Below are positions 47,034-57,330 of a DNA stretch of 64,000 bases, piece by piece (the stretch's first letter is position 1; each line of letters begins with the position of its first letter). The notes beneath the pieces are model-generated. The model did no database searches. It saw only the letters and a list, made by a program, of their open reading frames with translations, and was not told the DNA's origin. The translations under genes were made by a program, and so were the position numbers. Origin of the DNA: Blepharisma stoltei ATCC 30299 (lineage: Eukaryota > Protista > Ciliophora); assembly GCA_965603825.1 (NCBI GenBank), contig CBFDEM010000051.1:310001-374000 (forward strand), read 5' to 3'.

Positions 47034-48341
47034 TTATCCTTGCCAGCTGTCAGTTCTCGATACTTCATCTGGAACTTCATCTTTATGATGTAAAGTATGG
47101 TTAGCTCCACTCTCCCATTTGTCTTCATGCTGTCTATGGCAAATATATTTATATTCTAATTGCGAAAATAAACTTTTTTCAAGTTGTACAGATCCTCTCC
47201 ATATATTGCCATCAGTCCAAGTCAGCTTTAAAGCTTTGGTTGGATCCCAATTTCCAAGTAGCTCATGGCTTCCACATACTCCAATTGACTCCCCAAATGA
47301 AGTATCATAGTGGATATTAAAGGCAACCTGGCTTTTAAGTTTATGACTTTCATGAGCTTCTTGCGGAGCCTCATGAATTTCTTTCGCCTCTTCAGCTTTT
47401 TCCTGAACAACTTCTTCTTTTGGAGCTTCTTTGTGATCATGCTCTACTGGCTGTTCTTTTGCAGGCTCGCTTGCTTCTACAGGCGCTTCTGTTTGCACTT
47501 CTTGTTTTTGTTCAGGCTCTATTTCACTTTTAACTTCTTCTACTGAAGGGGCAGCGATATCTGTCTTTTCCTCTGCTGCAGGCTCTGCTTTTTGCTCAGG
47601 TTCGATTTCACTTTTAGTTTCCTCTGCAGGGATTTCAGCCTTTTCCTCTGCTGCAGGCTCTGTTTTTTCTTCGGCATCAGCTTGTTTCTCTTCAGCCTGA
47701 ACTGGTTCGCTTTCCACAGTAGGTTCTGCTTTAACTTCTTCAACTTCTTGAGGTTTTTCTTCAGTTTTTTGTTCAGCTTCCTCTTGGGGGGTTTCAGCAA
47801 CTGTTTCTGGCTTTGTCTCTTGAACTTCTTCAGTTTTTACTTCTTCAGGTTCATGGCTAGTTTCTGCAGGTGCAGCTTCTTGAGTCTCAGCAGCAGTATC
47901 GACTACTGCAGCTTCTTCAATTGTAGCGCTAGTCTCTGCTTGAGGTTCACTAGGTTCTTGAACTTCCGCTGCTTGTTCTTCTTGCTGAGGAACTGGCTCC
48001 TCTGCTTTAACCTCTTCTACTTTTTCCTCTGCAGCCTCTTCTACTTTTGTAGCTTCTGATGCCTCTTGAGCAATAGTTTCAGATGCATCTGCCACATTTT
48101 CAGTTGCATCTGACCCTTGAACTTCAGGAGCAGCAGGCTCTGAACTGGAAGGCGACTCCTCTTCTTTTTTCTCTTCGATTGATACAGGTGTCTCTTGTGT
48201 ACTCTGCTCAGATTCTTCAGTTGCATCTTGAATTTCACTTGGCTTCTCTGCTCCTTCATTTGGGGTATCGGCAATTTCTTCTTGAGCTTTTACTTCGGAC
48301 TCTTCGATAGGGTTCGTGATTACTTCAGCTCCTTCAGCCAT
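47034..48341 (-). CDS. Acidic low-complexity protein with C-terminal CBM20 domain, long paralog
   Basis: About 335 aa E/A/P/K-rich with internal repeats (EPAAEEK; KSEIEPEQK), then FNIHYDTSFGESIGVCGSHELLGNWD...WTDGNIW...LEYKY...WESGANH. Confidence 0.88.
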   Translation of the reverse strand: MAEGAEVITNPIEESEVKAQEEIADTPNEGAEKPSEIQDATEESEQSTQETPVSIEEKKEEESPSSSEPAAPEVQGSDATENVADASETIAQEASEATKVEEAAEEKVEEVKAEEPVPQQEEQAAEVQEPSEPQAETSATIEEAAVVDTAAETQEAAPAETSHEPEEVKTEEVQETKPETVAETPQEEAEQKTEEKPQEVEEVKAEPTVESEPVQAEEKQADAEEKTEPAAEEKAEIPAEETKSEIEPEQKAEPAAEEKTDIAAPSVEEVKSEIEPEQKQEVQTEAPVEASEPAKEQPVEHDHKEAPKEEVVQEKAEEAKEIHEAPQEAHESHKLKSQVAFNIHYDTSFGESIGVCGSHELLGNWDPTKALKLTWTDGNIWRGSVQLEKSLFSQLEYKYICHRQHEDKWESGANHTLHHKDEVPDEVSRTDSWQG

Positions 48342-48811
48342 TTAATAATGGTTATAACATCACGTCATAAATGGTTGAATAATTAAGATATAAGGGAAGA
48401 TTATCATTTAGATTCCAATAGAAAATTTACTAAGAGAAATTCTGAAGAGCAATATTGATGACACTTTATATTTGGAAAAATATTTTGTTTGACTTATTAT
48501 TTTATTGAAATTCATTTTGCCAATTTTTTAATAATAGGTGAAGAGGAAAATTATTTTTATTTTCGATGAGAAAAATCACTGAAATAGCATTATCTTATGA
48601 TAATTATTTGGTAACTATGAGTTATATATATTTATTTCAGTGGTATTAAATTATAATAATTTGAGCAATCCGCATCATTCATCCATTTTTACAATTCCTT
48701 ATCAGAATCTAGATTATAAATCAGAACTTCCTTTTTACTCTGAAAATTTACAAATATTACGATATTAACTCTAAATAACGTTTAGCAAAGATTTTTGGTA
48801 AAAATGTTAAT

Positions 48812-50440
48812 TTAAGACATCGAGTTATCAAAGGAATTTTTTCCACCCATAAAGAAGTCATTTCTCAGCACCCTAGAGTTGCCAACGAACCTATGCATAA
48901 AATTAGGAGGAGGATATCGTTTTAATCTTGCTTCTCTATTTTTCGTCTTTTCTTTTCTTTCCTTTTGGATGCTTCTTGATCTCGGTATTGATTTTGACTC
49001 TTCAGTGACTCTAGGCGATTTTATTTCCATACTTTGCCCTCTATAAGGGCTTGGACATGTCTCTGGTGGTGGTGGATTTTTCGGATACGTTCAAGGGACT
49101 GTAAAGCTCAATCTTTCAGTGTTAATACTAGGTGTAAGGTGTACTCTTTCCCTCAAGGTTTTAAGCTTATTTAGCATTGGATAATACTTCCTCTTCAATT
49201 TTTCTTCTAAATGTCTTTCTGTAATAGCTAGTGAATTTCCATGGGTTAGTTCTTGTTTAATTTCCTCAACATTTTTTAGTTGTTCTATTCTTTCATTATT
49301 TCTCTTTTGGTCAAATTTATATTTTTCTTTTAAATACTTTAATGTTTCTTGGTTCGAAACTCTCTGCTTAAAATCAGTTCTCGACATCGCATAAAGCTCT
49401 CCTTTAATTGAATTGCAAATGCAGGAATTCATCCTTAAATTTACATTTTCGATTATTTCTTCGTATCCGAACACTTCGTTTTCTCCTTTAATTGCGATTT
49501 GCAATTTTATATTTTTATGGACTTTTTTCATCAAACTTAGCTTTAATGTTGCACTTTCTAGTGTACTTGATAGGAATTGCGATCCTGATTTTACTTTTCT
49601 TTCAGCATACCCTGGGCTTTCGTTTTGCTGATTCTTTATTAGCTTGAATTCTCCTGATCTTACAAAATACACATAATCAGCGTTATTTCCTTCTTTATAG
49701 ACATATTGAGCTTTACCTACCGATAACTCAATAAAATAGTAAGAAATTTTTTGCAATGATTGTTTCGTCCATGCTGAAAATAATGGTAATGACTGCAGAT
49801 AAGCCACTCTCTCATTTAATGTTCTATCTGCTATACTCCCTAACACTTTCTTGAAATCTTGTTTACATAATACAGCTAAAATGCAATGTTCTTTTGCAGT
49901 TATCGTAGCTGCTCTTGGCTTATCACTGATTAAGCTTAATTCTCCAAAAGCTTGGCCAGGATTTATACCACCTACTTCTTTAAGTTCTTCAACTTGTATC
50001 ATTTCGTTTTCATCAATTCTCGACTCTGGCTCATTCCTCAGTGCTTTTTCTCTCTCCCCTAGGAATTCTCGCAACTTTGTGGCCTCTTTATTATCAATTT
50101 TTGCAGCTGCGATCGATTCTGGACTTTTTAATATTTCGATGACTTCGCTTATCGGTTTATAAACTTTTAATGGTACAGCTACTGTGAGGCTTCCTCGTAA
50201 AACAATATAAAATTTATCGCCCATCTCACCATATGAGATTACCCTTGATCCGCGTGAGAATTCTTCAACAGTCATGACTTGGCAACAAGCCATGTGAATT
50301 TGATTTGAACTTTTTTCGTTTGTTATTTTTTTAAAAAATTCGATTTCTTGTGTGGATTCCATGATTTCGTTGATATCTTGTTGGGTGCGACTTTTGGGAT
50401 GAACTAGAAAAGCATTTAGATTAACATGATTATGAGACAT
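48812..50440 (-). CDS. Cyclic nucleotide-binding domain protein (two CNB domains)
   Basis: GEMGDKFYIVLRG, AFGELSLISDKPRAATI, YVYKEGNNADYVYFVRSGEF. TGA 49091 joins the C-terminal ORF. Confidence 0.85.
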
Positions 50441-50540
50441 TTATATTAGCTCATTTATATAAGGTTATCAAAACTAAAAATTAAGAGAATAAAATAATTT
50501 GGAATAAATTTAAGATATTATAATTCAAATAAAAAGATAA

Positions 50541-51011
50541 ATGGAAGTAGCTTCCCCAACGATGAGGATCCTCCTCAATCATGATGGAAGTATGACGAAG
50601 GCTTTAGAATCTCTAACTCTCCGGCCCATAAAAATAGATCTTCTTTCAGAGACTGAAATAGAAAACTCGCCTACTCCTTTTATTGAATCTCCAGCAGTAT
50701 TAAGAGAAACATTACTTATTTCTGGAGGAGAAAAACTTGTTCATGCTGTTTCTTATTGAAACAAAGAAAAATATCAGCATTATCTTTCAGAAAATCCTGA
50801 AATGCCAATTGGAAAAATTTTGATATCTCGAAGAATAGAGCAATTTCGAGAAATAGTTTCAATAGAAAAATCAGTTCAAAGCGAAAGAATTATTAATTTA
50901 CTTGATGCGAGAACTAATGAGTTATTTTCAAGAACTTATGTTATTTATACGGATGCAAAGCCCTTATGTGTTATCACTGAAACCTTTTCTGATGAAATTT
51001 CAAGGATTTAA
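50541..51011 (+). CDS. Chorismate pyruvate-lyase-like protein (UbiC/Ycf21/DUF98, UTRA-like fold), 156 aa
   Basis: RILLNHDGSMTKALESLT...LRETLL...LVHAVSYW(TGA 50757)...MPIGKIL...QFREI...FSRTYVI...KPLCVITETFS. Confidence 0.8.
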
Positions 51012-51126
51012 GAAAATGATTAATTTTAATTATATCTGAGTAGAAATGAGGAGCAAGAGAGCTCTTTTAAAATAATTTCAACGAAAAAGTTTAATTAACT
51101 TTGCTGATTATGTTATATTGAAATAA

Positions 51127-52302
51127 CTATGCTGCATCATCACGTCTCCATGCATTTTTCTTTTGTTTCACTACTGAATCTCCCCAAACATCAATTTTCT
51201 TCTCAGGTGGCTTAACTTCAGCTGCCTTTGGCTCTTCTTTCTTTGTCTCATCTCCATCAGCGTTCTTTGGCCCCTCCTGCTTCTTAGAGTTTTGGAACCT
51301 CTTCGGTCCTTGCGGTTGTCCTGAAGCAAACATCGGATCTTTTGGTTTTTCTTCAACTGGATTTCTAGTAAATCGTTTTTCTTCCTCTCCATGGTCTCTC
51401 TCTCTTCTTGGCCCAAAAGCTGTTGTTTCCTGGTTTCTTGTAAAACCTTGGCCTCCTTCTGTATTTCTTACAAATCCTGATCCTGGTCCTTCAGCATTCC
51501 CTTCTCTCCTTTTCATTCCTCCAAAAGGTCCTTCTTTTCTCTGTCCAATAGACTCACTATTCTCCGGATTTCTTTTATATCCTGAAAAAGGTCCTCCTTG
51601 CTGTCTTCTCCCATCAAAGCTGTCTTTTTTTATATCCATATTAATCATGCCATTATTTCTTTGTATTGGCGTGTTAGTTTCTTCCTTTTTCTTTCGGAAA
51701 TCCTCTTCTTTATATTCAATTTTTTGTCCCTTGTCAAATACTCCGATTTCCCTCTGTCCAGCTGTCAAGTTTATATTAAGCTTCGCATCTTGCTTAGCCC
51801 ACTTTTTCTTGCCTTTCTTTTCCTTTTTCTGTGGAGAAGGCTGCTTTTGTTCTTCAACTTCTCCTTCTTCTTTCTCATTCGGAGTTTCGTCAAGTGCAAC
51901 AAAAATATTTGAGCTGCCGTTTATATCGTGCCTTTCTGCAGGCTTTTCTGATTTTTCTTGCTTTGCAGATGGCTTTTCAGCTTTTTTATCAACTTGCTCG
52001 ACAGATTGAGAAAGCGTAGGAAAGCTTTCGATTTTGGGTGGAGCTTTTGTGGTTCTCTTTAGGGGATTATATGTAGCTTTTTTTTCTTCTTTTTTCGAAG
52101 GTTCTGGCTGGTCAGTTGGTGTGTCTTCAGAAACTTTCCAGGCTGGCCCTTCTTTTTTGGATTTTTTAGCGTCATCTCTGAGAAAGTTTTCATCTTCGAC
52201 GACATTAACAAAACCCACTTGCATTTCTGGCTGTTCTTCTTCACCACTGTCCCATTTATCTTCATCTGAACGCACTGCTTGCTCAGTACGCTCCATTGCC
52301 AT
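51127..52302 (-). CDS. Intrinsically disordered K/E/G/R-rich protein with an ESFPTL motif
   Basis: 391-aa intact ORF; low complexity with repeated F-x-R-N units; ends TAG. Confidence 0.7.
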   Translation of the reverse strand: MAMERTEQAVRSDEDKWDSGEEEQPEMQVGFVNVVEDENFLRDDAKKSKKEGPAWKVSEDTPTDQPEPSKKEEKKATYNPLKRTTKAPPKIESFPTLSQSVEQVDKKAEKPSAKQEKSEKPAERHDINGSSNIFVALDETPNEKEEGEVEEQKQPSPQKKEKKGKKKWAKQDAKLNINLTAGQREIGVFDKGQKIEYKEEDFRKKKEETNTPIQRNNGMINMDIKKDSFDGRRQQGGPFSGYKRNPENSESIGQRKEGPFGGMKRREGNAEGPGSGFVRNTEGGQGFTRNQETTAFGPRRERDHGEEEKRFTRNPVEEKPKDPMFASGQPQGPKRFQNSKKQEGPKNADGDETKKEEPKAAEVKPPEKKIDVWGDSVVKQKKNAWRRDDAA

Positions 52303-52584
52303 TAATTATAAGAAAACAAAATGGACATACCTGGTTTCTTAATAGATGAAGCCATATTCAATATGGAATTTATTAAGAAATGTGACAATGCGATAGATTT
52401 GTGTCTGCATTAGCAAAATACAAGGAAAAGGTCTTTAGTTATCTGCAATATATGAACTCATATTTCTAAAAAACTAATTGGGAAAATGGTCTTATAAGGC
52501 TGTAGTTTTATGTAATAGTTGCTGTATTATCATTAATTTTTTTGCTTTGAAAATAGGTGAAATAATAAATCTATTATAAAAATT

Positions 52585-53754
52585 ATGAAGTGCTTAATTA
52601 TTTTCGCACTTACCATAATTGCATCTGCAGCGACAGATATCTCAAAAATTATCCCAGCTACAATTTTTGGTGATGATCAATATGCTTTTAAAGAATTCCT
52701 AAATGGTGCTTTCATGAAGATGCTAGACAAAGAAGAAATCAAGCTACCAAGAAATGTGAGTCTAGAACTGCAGTCCTCTATAGATAAGGCCTTAGTATCA
52801 GCTTATAACTACTATTTCGAATATTTGCATGAAGAAGCGTACCAGCAGATAGATTATATCTTCTGAAATTTTACAGACTTCTTGAAATCTTGTGAATCAT
52901 GTGAAGCTAAAAGTATACCAGAAATAGACAAATTGAACCGGCTTGCAGACCCCTATATTAGCCTAATCAATCATCTTGAGATAGAAGATGCTATAGTTGA
53001 TTCTTTGAGTTTTGTGCCATTCAAAAAATTTAATAAGTCAGGCTCGAAGTTTGGGCAAATTTTTAGTATTTTGAAGCCGACGAATAGAGATAAAACTTAT
53101 GATTTTGATTCAATGCAATTTCTCAAAGAAATTCTAGGCGAAGTCAGCCAAACTTCGGTAGGCTCTTGCATTAATGCAGTTAGCGAAATTACTACATCTG
53201 CTACTCAGCTGCTTTCTGATGGCTTAGATGTAATAAATGGGAATATTTTTGCTCTTGCAAAACTTTATGTTAGCTATGACCAAATTCAAAAAAGCATTAT
53301 TGAAATTCAAGCCAATTGCAATCTAGAGTCACTATCTGATATAGAAGTTCTATTTTCAAACATAAATACTCAGAGCATTTTCAATAACCTTTATTTAAAT
53401 AAGGATATAATAGAAGCTGACTTGAAAGGACTTTTGGAATCTGAAGCTAAAAATTTGAACTATGGCAAAGCTTTTGTGAAAATAATAAAGATCTTATTGA
53501 ATTCTAATACAAATCAAGATAAGGATGCAAAAAATCTCGCAGCAGAAGAATTAAAAAAACCAGAAAATTTGGCTTGCTTAAGTGATGTATTGAAGCATCT
53601 TGGAGGAGATTGAAAACCTTATATAGAGACTGCCTATAAATTTAGATCGGAAGCGGCAGAAGAATTTATTAACTATAGCGATGAAATTTATGAGATTTCC
53701 AGAGATTGCGGAGTTCCTGGCTTTGCGCTTTCTTTTTTTTCACTGATGGACTAA
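52585..53754 (+). CDS. Secreted helical protein of unknown function
   Basis: Signal peptide MKCLIIFALTIIASA. ORFs joined by TGA 52864 and 53611. TAA 53752-53754. Confidence 0.72.
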
Positions 53755-54103
53755 GAGCACTTTAAGAATGATTTTCTAATTAATCTCTATTAAAGCAAAC
53801 TAAAAAATTGTTATGATGCATTCAATATATTAATCATTCTGCTTATCAGTGATAATCTAATTGTCGCAGAGACGAAGTTCTTTGATTAAGTCAACCGTCT
53901 CAAAGGCGTTAAGATTTTGAGAATAGTATAAACGATTGTATTCATTATCGTAGCATAGTAAAAGCATAAACTAATTGAGATAATAATATTATTAATATAT
54001 TCCGACTAATTAATTGACTTGCAGTTCTTGATTGTAAAAAATAGAATAAAACTTAATTTATAAATTAAAATCAAGATTTAAGTAATTAACATAATTTAGA
54101 AAA

Positions 54104-55777
54104 ATGTTTTCTCAGCACAGTTCATATGACTCTCCAAAATCCATAAGAATTTCTGATATTTTTAGCATTGCAAGAACCCCAGAAAGTGAATTATACCAAG
54201 AGCAGCGAGAAATTTTAAAAGAGCACGTCAACAAACTAAATAGATCATTTGAAAGCAAAGAAAAAATCTTAAAAAGCTTTGAAGACTTATTAAGGGCTGT
54301 TCACTTTTTCGATAAGCCTGACATCATTCCTACACCAAATGACATAGATCGAATCAAACAACAAATTTTGCAAAATCAAGAAGAACCAAACCAAGAATCA
54401 TACAGAAAATTATATGAGGACGAAAAGAAATTAAGAGGAAATAAAGAAAATGAATGGAAAGAAAAAGAGAAGAAGTGGAGATACCTGGAAAAAGAATGCG
54501 AAGAATTGAAAAATAAAGCAGTAAAAATCAGGGAAATTGAAAATGAAAATGAACAGCTGAGAAAAAGACTGAAAAGATTTGCGGAAATTGAAAGAGAAAA
54601 TGAGGAACTAAGAAAAGAATTGAAAACAGGAAAAAAGAAAAAAAATAATGCTAAGGCAAGTGAGTTAGAAAGATTTAATCAGCAACTGAAAAGAGAGTGC
54701 GAAGAAAGGGATATCATTATTGCAGAGCTTAAAGAAGAAATTGAGACGCTTAGACGTACATTAAAAGAATACAGAGATAAATATGAAACTAGTTGTGAAG
54801 CTCTAAAAAGTCACAGTTCAGGAGAAAAAGAAAGATATTTAGCTGAAGAATTATACGAAGTAAAAAATAGATTGAAAACTTTACAAGATGAGCATGAATT
54901 TACCTTAAGGAAACTAGAAGAAACTAAACCTCTGACCTCAGAAAGATTACCCACATATGTTGTCCAATTAGAAGAGAGAAATATAGATCTTGAAGACAGA
55001 GTCAAAATTTTAGAAAAAGCATACTCAAACCAATTAGACTATACCCACCGCATTGAAGAAGAATTTAAAAGAAAAGGCGGGGAATTAGATAAAGTGGATG
55101 AAAGAAACGCCAGAGAAGCAAGTCTGAAGAGGCCAAAACCTCACAGTGAGCTGAATGGAAATCCAAGAATTAATAATGAAATAAGGGTAGAAGAAAATTT
55201 AAGTGAGCCTAAACCAGAAGCAGAAGAGAGAATCCCATTGTTAAGTCAACCAAAGCTGATTAATCCTTTTCAAGATAAAAAACAAGCTTCAAAGCTATAT
55301 AGTTCAGAATCTTTAAGCATAGATGATCAAAATATCCGAACTCCTTCATCTGAGCAGCAATTTTTAGAGAAGATTAAAGATTCTAATAAAGCCCCGGCAA
55401 ATTATTTTTCCATCAAGGAACAGAATGAAACCACAATTGATCCTTCCAAAAAAATCCAACCAGCTTCACCATTACCTAAAAGCAAAAAGCGTAAAGTAGG
55501 GGTCTCTACCACAAAAAGTCATAATAAAGCGTTTAAAAATAAAAGCTCTACATCAAATATTCATACTGAGCCATCTGAGCCCTCAAGCAGGAGAAAAATA
55601 GGCTCATCACTTAATGAAAGCGCATCAACTCCAAGTTTGAAGAAGGCAAGCAGGAAAAGCAGCAAAGAAAGTGTAGAAAGACTAACTGGAGAAAGAGGGG
55701 AGTTTTGCGATGTCTGTGTAAGAATTCATGGCCATAAATGGGCACATTCCCCTTACAAAGAAAAGCCATCTATCTAA
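54104..55777 (+). CDS. Coiled-coil hypothetical protein (557 aa)
   Basis: Intact ORF with heptad-rich centre, Ser/Lys-rich tail and a terminal CxxC...HGH motif. Confidence 0.75.
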   Translation: MFSQHSSYDSPKSIRISDIFSIARTPESELYQEQREILKEHVNKLNRSFESKEKILKSFEDLLRAVHFFDKPDIIPTPNDIDRIKQQILQNQEEPNQESYRKLYEDEKKLRGNKENEWKEKEKKWRYLEKECEELKNKAVKIREIENENEQLRKRLKRFAEIERENEELRKELKTGKKKKNNAKASELERFNQQLKRECEERDIIIAELKEEIETLRRTLKEYRDKYETSCEALKSHSSGEKERYLAEELYEVKNRLKTLQDEHEFTLRKLEETKPLTSERLPTYVVQLEERNIDLEDRVKILEKAYSNQLDYTHRIEEEFKRKGGELDKVDERNAREASLKRPKPHSELNGNPRINNEIRVEENLSEPKPEAEERIPLLSQPKLINPFQDKKQASKLYSSESLSIDDQNIRTPSSEQQFLEKIKDSNKAPANYFSIKEQNETTIDPSKKIQPASPLPKSKKRKVGVSTTKSHNKAFKNKSSTSNIHTEPSEPSSRRKIGSSLNESASTPSLKKASRKSSKESVERLTGERGEFCDVCVRIHGHKWAHSPYKEKPSI

Positions 55778-55901
55778 CTTTATTTAATCGTTTATAATGA
55801 GTCTTTCCCAGTAGTGTTAACTAATATGCTAAAAACTGTTTATTTTATTGAATTAATGGCAATTAGATATAAAATAAATCGTTGACTTTTTGTTTAAAAA
55901 T

Positions 55902-57269
55902 ATGTCGGCTGAACAGAGATCTTGGGCTTTGCATGGCTTCGAATTAGGAAAATCCCTAGACCAACAAATTCAATCTCGAGTCGAAGAAGGCTATGGTCTT
56001 GTAACTAATAATTAGAATCCTACTAGAAACTCAGAACTATCAAAAAAATATGAAGGAATCGGGAATATATGAAGCTGAATATCAAGATTTCCCAATATTT
56101 CTTCAGCAGAAGGCATTTTAAAAATAATTGAGTCAAGCGAAGGGGCAAGCAAAACTCATAACCAAGGGTCAAATGTGGTTTATTCCAGCCCAGAAAGAAG
56201 CAAATGTCTTGCATTATGCGGATGAGGAGACCTCTCAGACAAAAGAAACCTTGAGGCAGTCTGCAAATCTTTAGAAGACCAAGGAAATTGCACAAAAAGT
56301 GCTATGCTAGCTACCATGAGTTTTAATCTTGAAAGAGCTTGCACAGCCTTGAAATCAGTGGAGTCTGAGCATTATGCATTAGTTTCGATATTACAGACAA
56401 TGCAGTTTGATGATTCTCAAGCAAAAATTAAACATTTATATCAAAGATTAGCTTCTCAGATACCTGATATATATGCGAGCTCGATACTGAGGTTTTTAGC
56501 AGGTCCAGAAGAATATAATAGAATACTATCAACGCTTGCAATTTCAGATAAGGTTGGCTTTGGCTGCCGATTTCTATCAGATGCTCAATTAAGAGCTTTT
56601 TTACGAACTGAGCTAGAAAATGCTAAAGAGCAAGGAAATCTTGATGGTATCATGATTTCTGGATTTACGATAGACTCATTGCCAATTATGAGGAATTATC
56701 TAGACAGAACTGGTGATGTCCAAACGACAGCTTTATTATCAATTTTTGCCCAAAGCTCGTTTACTAATGACGATCTTCAAAGTTGATCTAGCCATTACAA
56801 AGAAATTCTAAACAGACTTGAATTGTGACACGCAAGATGCAAGCTTGAAATTGATGAAAGTGAAATTATCAAAAAAACAAAAGAGAAAGGAAAAGCAATG
56901 AGGTGCTATTATTGCGGGAATTCTTTAGCTTTGCCTGATATGGTTGGGGTTTTAACTGTCAACAAAAGGGGAGATTCACATTCAAGCTCAAAGCCAAATA
57001 TTAGTCATTGTCCCAATTGCCCTAATGCGCTGCCGAGATGTGCTATTTGCTTGATTCCGTTTTCTTCAATAAATCCGTTTTTTGAAATGGCGAGGGCTTT
57101 CCAAAACCCGAAGAATCCTTCACCATCTGTGAAATTTGATGAGTGGTTCACTTGGTGTGAAAAATGCCACCATGGCGGACATACAGGGCATATTCTTAAT
57201 TGGTTTACGGATTGCAATGAATGCCCTGTTGTTGGGTGTAGCTGCACATGCAATAGTTTGGATCCTTAA
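55902..57269 (+). CDS. MIOS: GATOR2 subunit MIOS/Sea4 (helical solenoid plus zinc ribbon/RING; no WD40 seen)
   Basis: RVEEGYGL|N, CLALCGW, DKVGFGCRFLSD, GNLDGIMISG, YLDRTGDVQT, LPRCAICL, WFTWCEKCHHGGH...WF...ECPVVGCSCTC. Intron 56001-56015; five TGA=Trp. Confidence 0.88.
56001..56015 (+). other. 15-nt intron gtaactaataattag
   Basis: GT..AG with A10; removes an in-frame TAG after the conserved GYGL motif. Confidence 0.82.
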
Positions 57270-57330
57270 TTAATGAAAATTATTATTTATGAGGTAAAAA
57301 TAGAAAATTCTAATTAATCGTATAAAATCA

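Noticed and set aside
47119-48386. Numerous antisense or alternate-frame ORFs (also around 12586-13714, 51171-52342, 58643-59250, 61779-62288)
   Set aside because: These are Phe/Ser/Leu-rich shadows of Glu/Lys-rich genes on the opposite strand, or frame-shifted shadows, with no recognisable motifs.
49838-49845. CCCTAACA, resembling a heterotrich telomeric repeat unit
   Set aside because: Single copy inside a coding region; no telomeric array in the window.
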